Sequence record: PP438435.1
DNA length: 64,000 bases
Reading direction: 5' to 3' (one strand)
Numbering within the stretch: position 1 is the stretch's first letter; every line of letters begins with the position of its first letter. This document shows positions 1-9,452 of the stretch, piece by piece. Made by a program: the position numbers and the translations under genes. The notes beneath the pieces were generated by a model that saw only the letters and a list, made by a program, of their open reading frames with translations, ran no database searches and was not told the DNA's origin.

Positions 1-225
1 GAGACGTCCCGCAAAGCGCTTGCAACGTCGCTCCTGACGCTGCCCTTCGTCAACCTGAAGGCCGCCTTTGCGCGCAAACGCCGCGTCAAGCAAATGGGCA
101 TGCGAGCTGCGCTGCGGACGATTGGCGCGGATGTGCCCGCATCACAGCATCGAGCCCTGAGCGATGCGCTGGCGATCTGCGCCCTGGTGCCGCACACGCT
201 CGCGCCCGCCGAGATACGGAGCTGA
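1..225 (+). CDS. C-terminal fragment of a DEDDh 3'-5' exonuclease (ERI1/KapD-like), truncated by the window edge
   Basis: My translation of frame 1 gives ...FVNLKAAFARKRRVKQMGMRAALRTIGADVPASQHRALSDALAICAL..., stop TGA 223-225. The ExoIII H-R-A-x-x-D-A motif and the NLK..F..G..AL pattern are present. Confidence 0.6.
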   Translation, partial: ETSRKALATSLLTLPFVNLKAAFARKRRVKQMGMRAALRTIGADVPASQHRALSDALAICALVPHTLAPAEIRS

Positions 226-336
226 CGCGCCAGCGTCATGCCTGCCCCGGCAGCGCATTCTTCTCTTGACTCACAGCGCCTCAGTGCGCACCTTGCCCGC
301 TCCATCGTGACCACACTCATTAAGAGGAAATCGATC

Positions 337-1311
337 ATGCGATTCGCACTCAGTCTGATGCTGTTGCTGGCTTCGGCTTTCGCCGCAGCCCAAGCCCCCA
401 AAACACCCCCGACCGCTGGCTTCTGGTGGAACCCAAATGAATCCGGCCGCGGTTGGAACATCGAGGTCCAGAATGACGTCGTTGCCGTGACGCATTTTGT
501 GTACCGGACGGATGGCTCCTCGACCTTTTTCCAAAGCGCTGGCGCCTTCGACCTCACGACCGGTGTGGTCTCCGGAGTTCTGAATGCGGTCGAGCAGGGG
601 CAGTGCATCGGATGCCCCTACCGTCGACCTACCGCGACGTCGCTGGGCACCGTGCGTTTCGAGTTCCCGAATGACTCGCAAGGCCGGGTCACCTACCCCG
701 ACGGCACCGTCATCAACATCCAGCCGTTCGTGTACGGCTACAGCAATCCCCTCGCGGCGACCTTCGGAACCTGGTCAACGAACTGGGCTGGCGTCACCGG
801 CGCGCTCTTCTCCGGCATGTATCAGTTCTATCGCGAGACCCAGATCAACCCAACGCTGCGCGCTGCCGAAGGTCGCCGGATTTTTCCGACAGGAAACCGC
901 CCCATTCTCGCCACCGAGGTCGGTGGCGTTTACCTGATGATCGCCGACGTCAGCAGCAGCTTCAATGAGGTGTTCTATGTCGTCGCGAACGTGCGCGACT
1001 TCCAGGGCGTCGCGTGCGTCTACTCGAAAGGGTCCAATCCACCTGGGGTCAATGACTGCCGCGGCGCTGCCTATGGCCAGCGCATCTATTCCAACGGACA
1101 GAGCCAGCGCCTCTTCCCGGCGTCTGCCGCTCTGCCGGCCCCGGATCCCAAGTCGCTGGTCTACTACGACGCCAAGGCGCTCGCTGAGGTGACCACCTCC
1201 GCGACGACGCCAGAGGCGCTGCCGCCCGCGCTGGCCAAGGCCGCCAGCAACCCCGCGCTGCGTGCGGCGGCACTCGCGCTGGATGCCGCACTGTCCACCA
1301 GCACGCGTTGA
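337..1311 (+). CDS. Secreted protein with a G-x-W-W-x-P-x-x-S-G-x-G domain and a CxxC motif
   Basis: RBS AAGAGGA precedes ATG 337. Signal peptide MRFALSLMLLLASAFAAA, then GFWWNPNESGRGWNIE and GQCIGCPYRRP. Confidence 0.8.
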   Translation: MRFALSLMLLLASAFAAAQAPKTPPTAGFWWNPNESGRGWNIEVQNDVVAVTHFVYRTDGSSTFFQSAGAFDLTTGVVSGVLNAVEQGQCIGCPYRRPTATSLGTVRFEFPNDSQGRVTYPDGTVINIQPFVYGYSNPLAATFGTWSTNWAGVTGALFSGMYQFYRETQINPTLRAAEGRRIFPTGNRPILATEVGGVYLMIADVSSSFNEVFYVVANVRDFQGVACVYSKGSNPPGVNDCRGAAYGQRIYSNGQSQRLFPASAALPAPDPKSLVYYDAKALAEVTTSATTPEALPPALAKAASNPALRAAALALDAALSTSTR

Positions 1312-1373
1312 TCCATGCCCGCCGAGGCCTCGCGTCTCGGCGGGTGCCCTGCCCCCCCCTCGAAAGGCAACTC

Positions 1374-2267
1374 ATGCACTTCCGTTCATCTACTTGGCTG
1401 CTTGCACCCCTGATGCTGGCCACCACTATCGCCTCCGCGCAATCGGGCGGCATTCCCGACGGGCTCACTGGCGCCTGGTGGGATCCGCAGTTCAGTGGGC
1501 AAGGCCTCGTCATCGAGCAGGTCGAGTACCCCGAACCGGGTCGCCCTGACCAGCTGCAGGCGTACTGGTACTCCTACGACGACACCGGCGCGCCGGTCTA
1601 CCTGGTCGGCGCTGGCGACTATCGCAACGGTCGCGCCGAGCTCGATCTGATTCAGACCGCCGGCGGCCGGCACGGCACGGCCCTGCAGCCTTCGGCAGTC
1701 CGCCGCACGGGCTGGGGCCGCATCGTGATCGAAGGCCTGACCTGCGAGCGCGTACGCGTCACCTATGCGCCGACGAACGGCGCCCCGGGCTCCATGGAGA
1801 TGACCCGCCTGGCCACGGCCGTGGGCGGCGCAACCGCACGCGCGACCTGCGAGATCTCGCAGCCGCCACTCGGTACTGCCACGCTGACCAGTTGCAGCGG
1901 TCCATTCGGGTGCCGCGCTGTCTCGCTGCCCTTGCGCGGCAATTCAAGCGCATCGACAACGATCGTTGGCACACGTCCAGCCGACTACGAGGTCCGCAGC
2001 TACACGCTGACCGCCACCGGTGGCGCCGTGCGCATCAGCCACGTCAGCGTCGAGGATTCGCAGCCGGCGACGCCGGCGAGCATCAGCGGGATCACGCAGG
2101 GGCAAACGCTTCGTGCAGGTGAGTCTGTGACCCTCACCTTCCGATCGGCGTGGACGAACAACGCCACAGAAACCCTGCGCTTCAAGGTCGGCCTCACCTA
2201 TGAGGGCTTCGAGGGATCGGCCACGAATCTCTCGATCGACGAAACCGTCCAGCTGCGCACGAACTGA
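1374..2267 (+). CDS. Secreted protein, same W-W-x-P domain plus a C-terminal beta-rich (Ig-like) region
   Basis: GAAAGG RBS, signal peptide ending ASA-Q, motif TGAWWDPQFSGQGLVIE; followed by a terminator. Confidence 0.8.
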   Translation: MHFRSSTWLLAPLMLATTIASAQSGGIPDGLTGAWWDPQFSGQGLVIEQVEYPEPGRPDQLQAYWYSYDDTGAPVYLVGAGDYRNGRAELDLIQTAGGRHGTALQPSAVRRTGWGRIVIEGLTCERVRVTYAPTNGAPGSMEMTRLATAVGGATARATCEISQPPLGTATLTSCSGPFGCRAVSLPLRGNSSASTTIVGTRPADYEVRSYTLTATGGAVRISHVSVEDSQPATPASISGITQGQTLRAGESVTLTFRSAWTNNATETLRFKVGLTYEGFEGSATNLSIDETVQLRTN

Positions 2268-2294
2268 CGCGCCGGCGGCTGGTGCTCCCTCGTC

Positions 2295-2324
2295 GCAGAA
2301 GCCCGCCCGTTGGCGGGCTTCTGC
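2295..2324. terminator. Probable bidirectional intrinsic terminator
   Basis: Perfect 13 bp stem GCAGAAGCCCGCC-cgtt-GGCGGGCTTCTGC between convergent genes. Confidence 0.8.
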
Positions 2325-2333
2325 GTTTGGCGC

Positions 2334-3422
2334 TCAGAGCGTAGGAGCGCGTGCCGTGCTCGCGTCGCCGGCATGCCCACGCTCGTTGCCGGTGCGCACG
2401 TCCAGGACACTGATGTCACTCACGCGAAGCGCGTCGTCGAACTCCACGCGAATGCTGACCCGCGTACTTGCCTCCTGCCCTGCACTGTCGCTGTCGCGCA
2501 CGAACACAACGCGCGTCATCTCCGGCACTTCGCGCCAACCATCGCGCGAGAGCGTGTACTCCCATCCGTTGCAGGCTTCGATTTCCACGCCCTCTGGGAA
2601 GACCCAGCCGTCGAAAGCCAGCTGCGCCACCACTTCGCGATACAGGCCCAGCGCTCCTTCGACCACGCGCCATGCGGCTGTTCGGATCTCCGGCGACACC
2701 TCGCAGAGGTACTCGCGCACGCGACCGAGGACATCGGGATCTTGCCCCGCGAGCACACGATCCACGAACGTACCTCGGTCAGCGACCGGATCCGCGCTGC
2801 ACCCGATCACGAAAGGCACGTCAGCCAGCGCGTTCGCGCAGTGCGCCATGCCGGCAGTGAAGCCCGCCGTCGCGCACGTCATCCGAACGCGCTCCACGCA
2901 CTCCAACCAGACCGCGAGCGTTTTGGGAATGGCGTCGAGCCCCAAGGCCCACAGACGCGTGTAGTGGCGCGCGTTCAAAGGCTTGGTTGCGGAGTCCACC
3001 ATTTTCGCCAGGTCGCGCGTGAGGCGCATTTCACCCCATGCGTCATACCGATTGAAACATCGACTCGTGAGGTCAAAGCAGGCTCCCCTCACATTCGCTG
3101 CTGCCCACCCGCGACGCGCCTCGAATCGTTTCGCGGTGGATCCGTCTATCTGGCACAAGGCCTCAAGCTCCGCCCATGCGCGCGCCCGTTCCTGATCCGC
3201 GCCGGGGCCCTGTGCACGATCAAGGGCACGAAGCGTCCGGGCGCGCTCTGGCGTGATGCGCTCAACAGCGTCCGCCAGTCGTGCGCCCTCCGCCTGGCGA
3301 ATCGCGACCGCCAGGTCCCACAGCTGCTGTGCTGTGCGCGGAGCTCTCGCGGCGATCTTCCCGAAGGGTGCCGGCAGGATGTCTGCCAACGCATATGCTG
3401 CAGTCTGCATCTGTGGGGTCAT
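2334..3422 (-). CDS. Hypothetical protein (tail ...RAPTL)
   Basis: Long ORF with protein-like composition, co-oriented with the operon. Start uncertain (ATG 3422 or TTG 3458). Confidence 0.65.
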   Translation of the reverse strand: MTPQMQTAAYALADILPAPFGKIAARAPRTAQQLWDLAVAIRQAEGARLADAVERITPERARTLRALDRAQGPGADQERARAWAELEALCQIDGSTAKRFEARRGWAAANVRGACFDLTSRCFNRYDAWGEMRLTRDLAKMVDSATKPLNARHYTRLWALGLDAIPKTLAVWLECVERVRMTCATAGFTAGMAHCANALADVPFVIGCSADPVADRGTFVDRVLAGQDPDVLGRVREYLCEVSPEIRTAAWRVVEGALGLYREVVAQLAFDGWVFPEGVEIEACNGWEYTLSRDGWREVPEMTRVVFVRDSDSAGQEASTRVSIRVEFDDALRVSDISVLDVRTGNERGHAGDASTARAPTL

Positions 3423-3521
3423 GGCAAGACCTACTAGGGGGTGGTTCTTTGGCGGCAAACAGCGCGCGACAGTGGCGCCGCGCCCAAGAAGCGTGGCGCA
3501 GCGGATCGGGCACCAGAGCCC

Positions 3522-3950
3522 TCATGCACGCTTCCGCGCTCCCAACACGTCCTCTGCACCAGCGGCCGGGCGGCGCGCCAACCACGCTTCCGCCTCGTGC
3601 TGCGCCACTGCATCCAGGCACTGCCGCGCCCATGCTTCCTGGGCAGCCGCGCCGGCGGGGAGCCCGAAGCGCTCGATATGAAGATCCACGACGAATCCGA
3701 GATACAGCGTTTGGCCACGCGAGTCGCGCCAGCAGGACACAGGGAAGATCTCTCTCAAACCGCGGACAATGTGGATGACGGGTTCGCCATCCGAGCATCC
3801 AAAGGTGAGGCCTGCGCCAGTGCGGACGTACAGGCCGTCCAGGACGCCCTGCGCCGGCCTCAGCGGCCCAAGCTGCTCTGCCGGCGCATAGAGACCGCGC
3901 CCCATAGGCAGCAGCGGGCCTGTGGCCCGCTCCGGCGGTCGCGCCAACAT
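3522..3950 (-). CDS. Hypothetical protein
   Basis: ATG lies 4 nt after the upstream stop; 142 aa. Confidence 0.55.
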   Translation of the reverse strand: MLARPPERATGPLLPMGRGLYAPAEQLGPLRPAQGVLDGLYVRTGAGLTFGCSDGEPVIHIVRGLREIFPVSCWRDSRGQTLYLGFVVDLHIERFGLPAGAAAQEAWARQCLDAVAQHEAEAWLARRPAAGAEDVLGARKRA

Positions 3951-3953
3951 GCC

Positions 3954-4673
3954 TCAGCCCACCGTCGGTGTAGGCGCAACCGGCGCACGTTCGAGCCCGG
4001 CGACGCGCTGGACCTCGATCGCGATCGCTTCGACGTCCTCGAACGACGTGGTGCCCTCAATCGAAGGGTTGTAGACGGCATAGTTCACGGTCTGATGCCC
4101 GTAGTCGCCCAGTAGATCCCAGTCGGCGGCGCGATCAAGCGCCTCGACCGTGAATGCCACCGGCGACTGCAGCTCGAGTGCCGCCGCGAACAAGCGCTCG
4201 ATCTCGCGCAAGGACACCGGCTCGCTGCCCAGCACGCCAGGCTCCTTCTGCTTGTACGGCAGCGCCGAGATGCTGAACTCCACGTCGCCACTCACATCGA
4301 GACGCAGGACGATCTTCGCCCACTCGTCGGCCTCGCAGTGCCCGTCCAACGGGTCCGACCCGGCGGTGTTGCCGGTCGACGTGTAGGCATCCACGGCACC
4401 GCCGCGGAAGCACGGCGGCGGAATGCGCTCGCCACCCGGAATGGGCGCTCTGTCGCGCGGGTCGAGATTGATCACGACCGCGGACGCCGCAAGCGGCGAG
4501 GCCTCTGTCAGCCAGGTGGCCAGCCCCGCCAGATGCGCCATGGCGGCTTCGGTCAAGCGGACGTCGACCACCTGCGGCGCGCCCTCCTCGTGGATGTGCT
4601 CGTCGGACACGCCAGTGATCTGCGCGGCAAGGACCAGGCGGACACTGCGGCCGGGCGTGGTGAAAGCGGGCAT
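3954..4673 (-). CDS. Hypothetical protein (tail ...PTPTVG)
   Basis: Strong RBS GGAAGGAG before ATG 4673. Confidence 0.7.
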   Translation of the reverse strand: MPAFTTPGRSVRLVLAAQITGVSDEHIHEEGAPQVVDVRLTEAAMAHLAGLATWLTEASPLAASAVVINLDPRDRAPIPGGERIPPPCFRGGAVDAYTSTGNTAGSDPLDGHCEADEWAKIVLRLDVSGDVEFSISALPYKQKEPGVLGSEPVSLREIERLFAAALELQSPVAFTVEALDRAADWDLLGDYGHQTVNYAVYNPSIEGTTSFEDVEAIAIEVQRVAGLERAPVAPTPTVG

Positions 4674-4763
4674 GAGATTCTCCTTCCGTGGAGGTTTCAG
4701 ATCAGGGTTTCGGACCGCAGGGGCCTGTTTGGAGTCGAGGGGATGGAATGTATGGGTCAACGC

Positions 4764-5651
4764 CTAGCCCATTCCCATGGCGCGGGCCTGGGGCGCTGGC
4801 GCGCCACAGATCTCGTCGATCACGTCCGATGCTTCCGGGTACTGCTCGCGAAGGGCGTCCACGCTCCAACCCAGCTGCTCGGGCTCGTCCCAGCGCAGAC
4901 CTTGCCCCACGCTGTGATCGAACTCACGGCGGTACGCGTACGCTTCCGCACTGGGCAGCGCAACGAACACGAAGGTGTCGAAATACACCGACGTGGAACC
5001 TGGCCACGGCTCCCGAAAGGGATCCCACGCTGTGGAATTGCGCGGGCCGAACGGCAGCTGGGTCAGCGGGCTCTCCGCGACGTTCAGATCACCGTACGGC
5101 GACACGGTGGCCTCGAAGACCGCCGGCGTCACACGTCTCCGCGCATAGATCTCGACATCGCTGCAGGAGGCGACAAGAACGCCCCGGCCTGCAGGCGGGC
5201 ACGGCCGAGGCCTGAACCCCTGCTCGTCGGAGGCCGTCGCCGACGCGACCGCGTCATCATCGACCAGGCGCGTCCAACCGGCGTCGCGTGACCAGACGGC
5301 GCGATCGATGCGCGTGGCCACATTCGATGGGTCGATCCCGAGCGAGACCAGCTGCGCACGATGCTCTGCATGCTTCGCGCGAACTGCCGCGAGCACATCC
5401 GGCGCTACAGGTCGCTGCAGGTCATTCGCACACACGACGGTCCCAGCGAGCACGCACGCCTCTGCATGGCCCGCGGGCGATCGATAGGCGGCGTACTGCT
5501 CCTCCGAAGCCTCTGTGCCGTAGCGCAGACGGATCCGGTCGCCCCGCATCTCGCCATCGAGGACGTTGTAGTCCGACTGCCCTTGGTAGTTACTGATGAA
5601 GGCTAGCCGAGGCAGTCCGGGCGCTGATGTCACTTTCGATTCCGCATCCAT
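4764..5651 (-). CDS. Hypothetical protein (tail ...RAMGMG)
   Basis: GGAGA RBS before ATG 5651 (MDAESK). Confidence 0.7.
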   Translation of the reverse strand: MDAESKVTSAPGLPRLAFISNYQGQSDYNVLDGEMRGDRIRLRYGTEASEEQYAAYRSPAGHAEACVLAGTVVCANDLQRPVAPDVLAAVRAKHAEHRAQLVSLGIDPSNVATRIDRAVWSRDAGWTRLVDDDAVASATASDEQGFRPRPCPPAGRGVLVASCSDVEIYARRRVTPAVFEATVSPYGDLNVAESPLTQLPFGPRNSTAWDPFREPWPGSTSVYFDTFVFVALPSAEAYAYRREFDHSVGQGLRWDEPEQLGWSVDALREQYPEASDVIDEICGAPAPQARAMGMG

Positions 5652-5676
5652 GCGGCGTCTCCTGAAGGGGAGGGGG

Positions 5677-6948
5677 TTACATGCCAGCGACAGAGCGCCT
5701 GGCCACGGGCACACTCGCAGCGTCGGGCGCCGAGACCGAGGGGCCACCCGCTGCATCGATCGCTTCCGCGAGGTGACCCCGCATCAGCGCGACCTCATGC
5801 GCCGCCAGCACCATCGCCGCGGGCACGCCAGACTCCCGCCGCTGCTGGAAGCGTCGCAGCACCGTCGGGCCCATCGCCACGCCCAGGTCCTCCACGGCAA
5901 TAGCCTCGTCAAGCAGCGGCTGCGCCAGCCCAGCAACCACCGCGCGCACACGTGCAAACCTGCCCTCATCGCCCACTGTGATCATGCCGAGGGCATTGTT
6001 GTAGAGACCGCCGAACGCAGGACCTCCGGCCAGCACCTCGCGAAGCGGCACAGCCGTTCGGCCATCCGCATTCGCTCTGCCCGTCGCCACGACGAGCTGG
6101 GCACGGAGTCCTTCATGCTCGATCGTGTGCACGCCGCCGACCAACTGACACGCGGGAATCCGCACAGCGTGCAGATCCTCACCCTCGGGCGACACCAGGG
6201 TCAGCTGCGCGCACGCCGCATCGGCGCGCACCCAGAGCTCGGCGCCGCACGCGAGCTTCACAGTCGAGGCGACGGGGCACGCTCCCGCCTGTCCGCCGGC
6301 ATACGCCCTGCCCGCGAGCTGCGCTGTCGTATCGGCGTTCACCCAGAGCACATTCGCGTCCTGTGGCAAGAACGTCCCGCGGCCTACCGACCATTCATGG
6401 GCGCTCCAGGCATCTGCGAGCACAGACGCCCACTGCGCGGCCGCGTGCTCGACGCCACGCTCCATGAGCACGGGCAGGAGCGCTATCGCGGCTGCGAGCT
6501 GCGGTACATCCGCGGTGACGCCGCCCGCTCGCGCAACGAGCGCAATGGTGCCCGCGCTCATGGAGTCGACAATGCGAACGCCTCCGGCTACGGGCTCGAT
6601 GACCCAGCTCGCGCCTGGGCGCGTCAGCGCCGGCGCCGCAGCGGCCAACGCGGTCCACAACGCCTGTGCCGCCACGGCACATCGCCCGTCCTGGAGCGCA
6701 GCTGCGCGATTCCTCGACGCCGACGGCTCACTCATCGCGGCGAGGTGATGAAGTGCGCGCTCGACTTGCGCGGTCAGCATCGCGCCGCGATCCCGTGCTT
6801 CGTACGGGAGCACGTTCAACGCGCTTGCCGCGGCGTCAAGCGACGCGTTCCACGCGGCATGGATTCGCACACCGCTTGCGGTGATCGAAACCGGCGGCGA
6901 GCCCGCTTCTTCCAGGGCGGCTGTGGCCGAACAGAGACCTGTCCGCAT
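5677..6948 (-). CDS. Hypothetical protein (tail ...RRSVAGM)
   Basis: 423 aa ORF tightly packed in the operon. Confidence 0.7.
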   Translation of the reverse strand: MRTGLCSATAALEEAGSPPVSITASGVRIHAAWNASLDAAASALNVLPYEARDRGAMLTAQVERALHHLAAMSEPSASRNRAAALQDGRCAVAAQALWTALAAAAPALTRPGASWVIEPVAGGVRIVDSMSAGTIALVARAGGVTADVPQLAAAIALLPVLMERGVEHAAAQWASVLADAWSAHEWSVGRGTFLPQDANVLWVNADTTAQLAGRAYAGGQAGACPVASTVKLACGAELWVRADAACAQLTLVSPEGEDLHAVRIPACQLVGGVHTIEHEGLRAQLVVATGRANADGRTAVPLREVLAGGPAFGGLYNNALGMITVGDEGRFARVRAVVAGLAQPLLDEAIAVEDLGVAMGPTVLRRFQQRRESGVPAAMVLAAHEVALMRGHLAEAIDAAGGPSVSAPDAASVPVARRSVAGM

Positions 6949-6955
6949 GGCCGCC

Positions 6956-8131
6956 CTACCCCATTGCCAGTTGGCGGCGCGTGGCCGGCGCGTGAGCGAT
7001 CCGCTCGACGATCTCTTTGGCGCTGAAAAAGGCAGCAGCAGATGCGCCTGCCACGCCAGGCCCCGTGACTTGCACCCACTTCAAGTGCTCCAGCCCCTCG
7101 GCCGGCTGCAGGTTGCGGTCCTGCCGATTGCGGAGGAACCCGATCTGATTCCAGACCCGCTCATAGTCAGCGCCATCCAGCGGCGTCACCTCACCCGCTT
7201 CGTCGGCGACGCCGCGCAGCTGCCAGCAGGTTTCGCCCACGAACATCACCGGCAGATAGCGATCTCCACTGCCATCGGCGACCTGCGGCTCCAACCACGG
7301 ATCCTCGCCGCGGCCCGCAGCGGCATACTCCGTGGCCATGGCACTGAGCGCGGGCAATCGCTGCGACGGCAGCCCCGCGCGATGCGTTCGCGCGATGTCG
7401 CGCACGGTATCCAGCGCCGACAGCGTCGCGCCATCATCCGACATGCCACAGCCCAGTATCGATCGCGCCTGCTTCATGAGGTGCACCACCAGCGTGATCG
7501 TTTCGTCGGCCGCTCCAGACTCTCCGACCGCGGCCTCTCTTGTGGCCTGGCGCATGGCGTCCGCCGCCAACATCACCCGGATCTCGCCGTCTTCGGGGAG
7601 CGACTTCGGCGCAGGCCGCCCATTGAGATCCAACATCGCGTCGAGCAGATGCCGCGCCACCCCCAGCGTCTGTCGCACGTAGCCGTTGTTGCCCACGTGG
7701 TTCACCCGCTCCTGCGCGTCGCTCAGCAAACTCGTCGCTGCGAGCGACGCGTCGACGCCGTAGCGGCCGACGCAGGCCCGCAGTGGCAGGCGCAAGCCAT
7801 CCCCTTCGTCGGGGAAGTACAGGTGCTCAGCAGCGGCAGCGAAGGCTGCGATCGGCCCGGCGGGATGAACAAGGGACGGGGGCGCTGCGACCAGGTGCTC
7901 GCTGATCGCAAACTTCACGCCGTTCAGGGCGAGCCGCACGTAGCGCTGATCGGGACCGCGCGGACTGCGCTCGCAGATCTGCAGGTAGCCATCGAGCGCG
8001 ATCAGCATTGCCCTGGCGTAGGCCTTGCCGCCCCCGGCCGCCGCAATCTCGAGGTCCAGCGCTGCGCGCGAGCGCCCGAACAACTCGACCTCGGCGTCGA
8101 GAGTGGCGGCATCTTTCAGATGAATCGACAT
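6956..8131 (-). CDS. Hypothetical protein (tail ...RRQLAMG)
   Basis: GGAGG RBS before ATG 8131 (MSIHLK). Confidence 0.7.
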   Translation of the reverse strand: MSIHLKDAATLDAEVELFGRSRAALDLEIAAAGGGKAYARAMLIALDGYLQICERSPRGPDQRYVRLALNGVKFAISEHLVAAPPSLVHPAGPIAAFAAAAEHLYFPDEGDGLRLPLRACVGRYGVDASLAATSLLSDAQERVNHVGNNGYVRQTLGVARHLLDAMLDLNGRPAPKSLPEDGEIRVMLAADAMRQATREAAVGESGAADETITLVVHLMKQARSILGCGMSDDGATLSALDTVRDIARTHRAGLPSQRLPALSAMATEYAAAGRGEDPWLEPQVADGSGDRYLPVMFVGETCWQLRGVADEAGEVTPLDGADYERVWNQIGFLRNRQDRNLQPAEGLEHLKWVQVTGPGVAGASAAAFFSAKEIVERIAHAPATRRQLAMG

Positions 8132-8168
8132 GGCACGCACCTCCGTGTGCGCAGAAAGAACGAATGAC

Positions 8169-8501
8169 CTACGTGTTTCGTCGCGCGCCGACGGCGCGCT
8201 CGATCGCTGCTGCGGGCAGCTTCCAGCCGGTAAGCACGAACACGACCGTAACGAGGTCCTGCTCCGCAACATCCGTCGCGCTGTCGATTCGACCCTGCGC
8301 GATTGGTGTCACGCGATAGCCGCGCAACGCGCGATGCACTATCTCGACGGCAAAAGGCTCCGCGCGCGTACCGCACTCAATCCGAAGCCCCGGCTGGGCG
8401 CCCACCAGGGCCGACAGGCGCAGCTTCGGACCGAGAGACGCCCGAAGCACCTCTTCGCCCCCCAACAGCCCAAGGATGTGTGCCGCGTACTGCACATTCA
8501 T
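8169..8501 (-). CDS. Hypothetical protein, IL-x-x-LGG family (paralog of 30295-30699)
   Basis: ATGA overlap with the methyltransferase stop; N-terminus AAHILGLLGGEEVLRASLG. Confidence 0.65.
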   Translation of the reverse strand: MNVQYAAHILGLLGGEEVLRASLGPKLRLSALVGAQPGLRIECGTRAEPFAVEIVHRALRGYRVTPIAQGRIDSATDVAEQDLVTVVFVLTGWKLPAAAIERAVGARRNT

Positions 8502-9382
8502 GCGATGAGCCTCATCTGCTTGGCCCTGGCGGATGCGCGCGGGTTCAGCCACACCGCTTCTGTGCGCATCACGCCGCCACGGCGGCCCGATGCCCGCGCC
8601 TGGCGCTCTTCGCGTCGCCAGCCGGCGCGCTCCAGGGGCGCGTAGATTTCGGTCGGATAGCCGCACAGCAGCACGGCGCCCTCGACCGACAACAGGAGCT
8701 CGACGAGCCGGCCATGCTGCTCGGCGTCGAGCTCGTGCCGGTACGTCTGCGACGATGCCCGCGTGCAGCGCGTGTCGGGCACGTAGGGCGGATCAACGAA
8801 ATGCAGGACATCTGCAGCGTCATGGGCGGCGATGAGCTCAAAGGCATCGCGACACTCGATGATCACTCGCTCGAAGCGCTCGCCCGCGGCGCGTATTGCG
8901 TCAGGTGCGTTGCGCCACTCGATGTGTGGGTTCTTGACGCCACAGTACGTGCGCCAGCCCGTGCGGCCCTTGGTGGCGCCGGCCGACCCGAAACCCATCT
9001 GAGCCCGGATCACAACGCGCCGCGCACGCTCCACAGGATCCGCCACAGGCGCCGCCGTGTATGCGCGCTCGAACTCGCGCCGCGCATAGGGCGTGAGCGC
9101 CAGAGCCTCGCACAGCGCAGCGCGCTTCTCGCGATCTCGCAGCACCTCGAAGAAGCCGACGATCTCATCGTCGCGGTCGTTGTAGACCTCGACCTCGCTG
9201 ATCGGCTTGCGCAGCAGGAGCCCTGCGGCACCACCGAAGGGCTCCACATACACCCGATGTGCCGGCAGCATGCCGAGCAGCCAGTTCGCGGCTGCGAACT
9301 TACCCCCGTGATAGCGCAACGCTGGATGTTGGACTCCGGACACGGGCGCCCTGCCGTCAATGCGTGTGTGCGCATTGTGCAC
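8498..9382 (-). CDS. Orphan N6-adenine DNA methyltransferase (Dam/D12 class)
   Basis: RYHGGK, motif I YVEPFGGAA, EVYND and catalytic DPPY. True start is probably GTG 9343, because 9369-9395 is a promoter/operator box. Confidence 0.93.
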   Translation of the reverse strand: MHNAHTRIDGRAPVSGVQHPALRYHGGKFAAANWLLGMLPAHRVYVEPFGGAAGLLLRKPISEVEVYNDRDDEIVGFFEVLRDREKRAALCEALALTPYARREFERAYTAAPVADPVERARRVVIRAQMGFGSAGATKGRTGWRTYCGVKNPHIEWRNAPDAIRAAGERFERVIIECRDAFELIAAHDAADVLHFVDPPYVPDTRCTRASSQTYRHELDAEQHGRLVELLLSVEGAVLLCGYPTEIYAPLERAGWRREERQARASGRRGGVMRTEAVWLNPRASARAKQMRLIA

Positions 9383-9395
9383 GCATTACGCCTAC
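9369..9395. promoter_or_regulatory. Palindromic operator box A over a predicted sigma70 promoter
   Basis: TGCGCATTG-TGCACG-CATTACGCC-TAC; on the minus strand TTGACC-N16-CACAAT. Confidence 0.65.
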
Positions 9396-9452
9396 GGTCA
9401 AGCATGCTGCGCCGGACGGCAACCGCTACGGGAGCGCGAGCAGTGGGCAGGG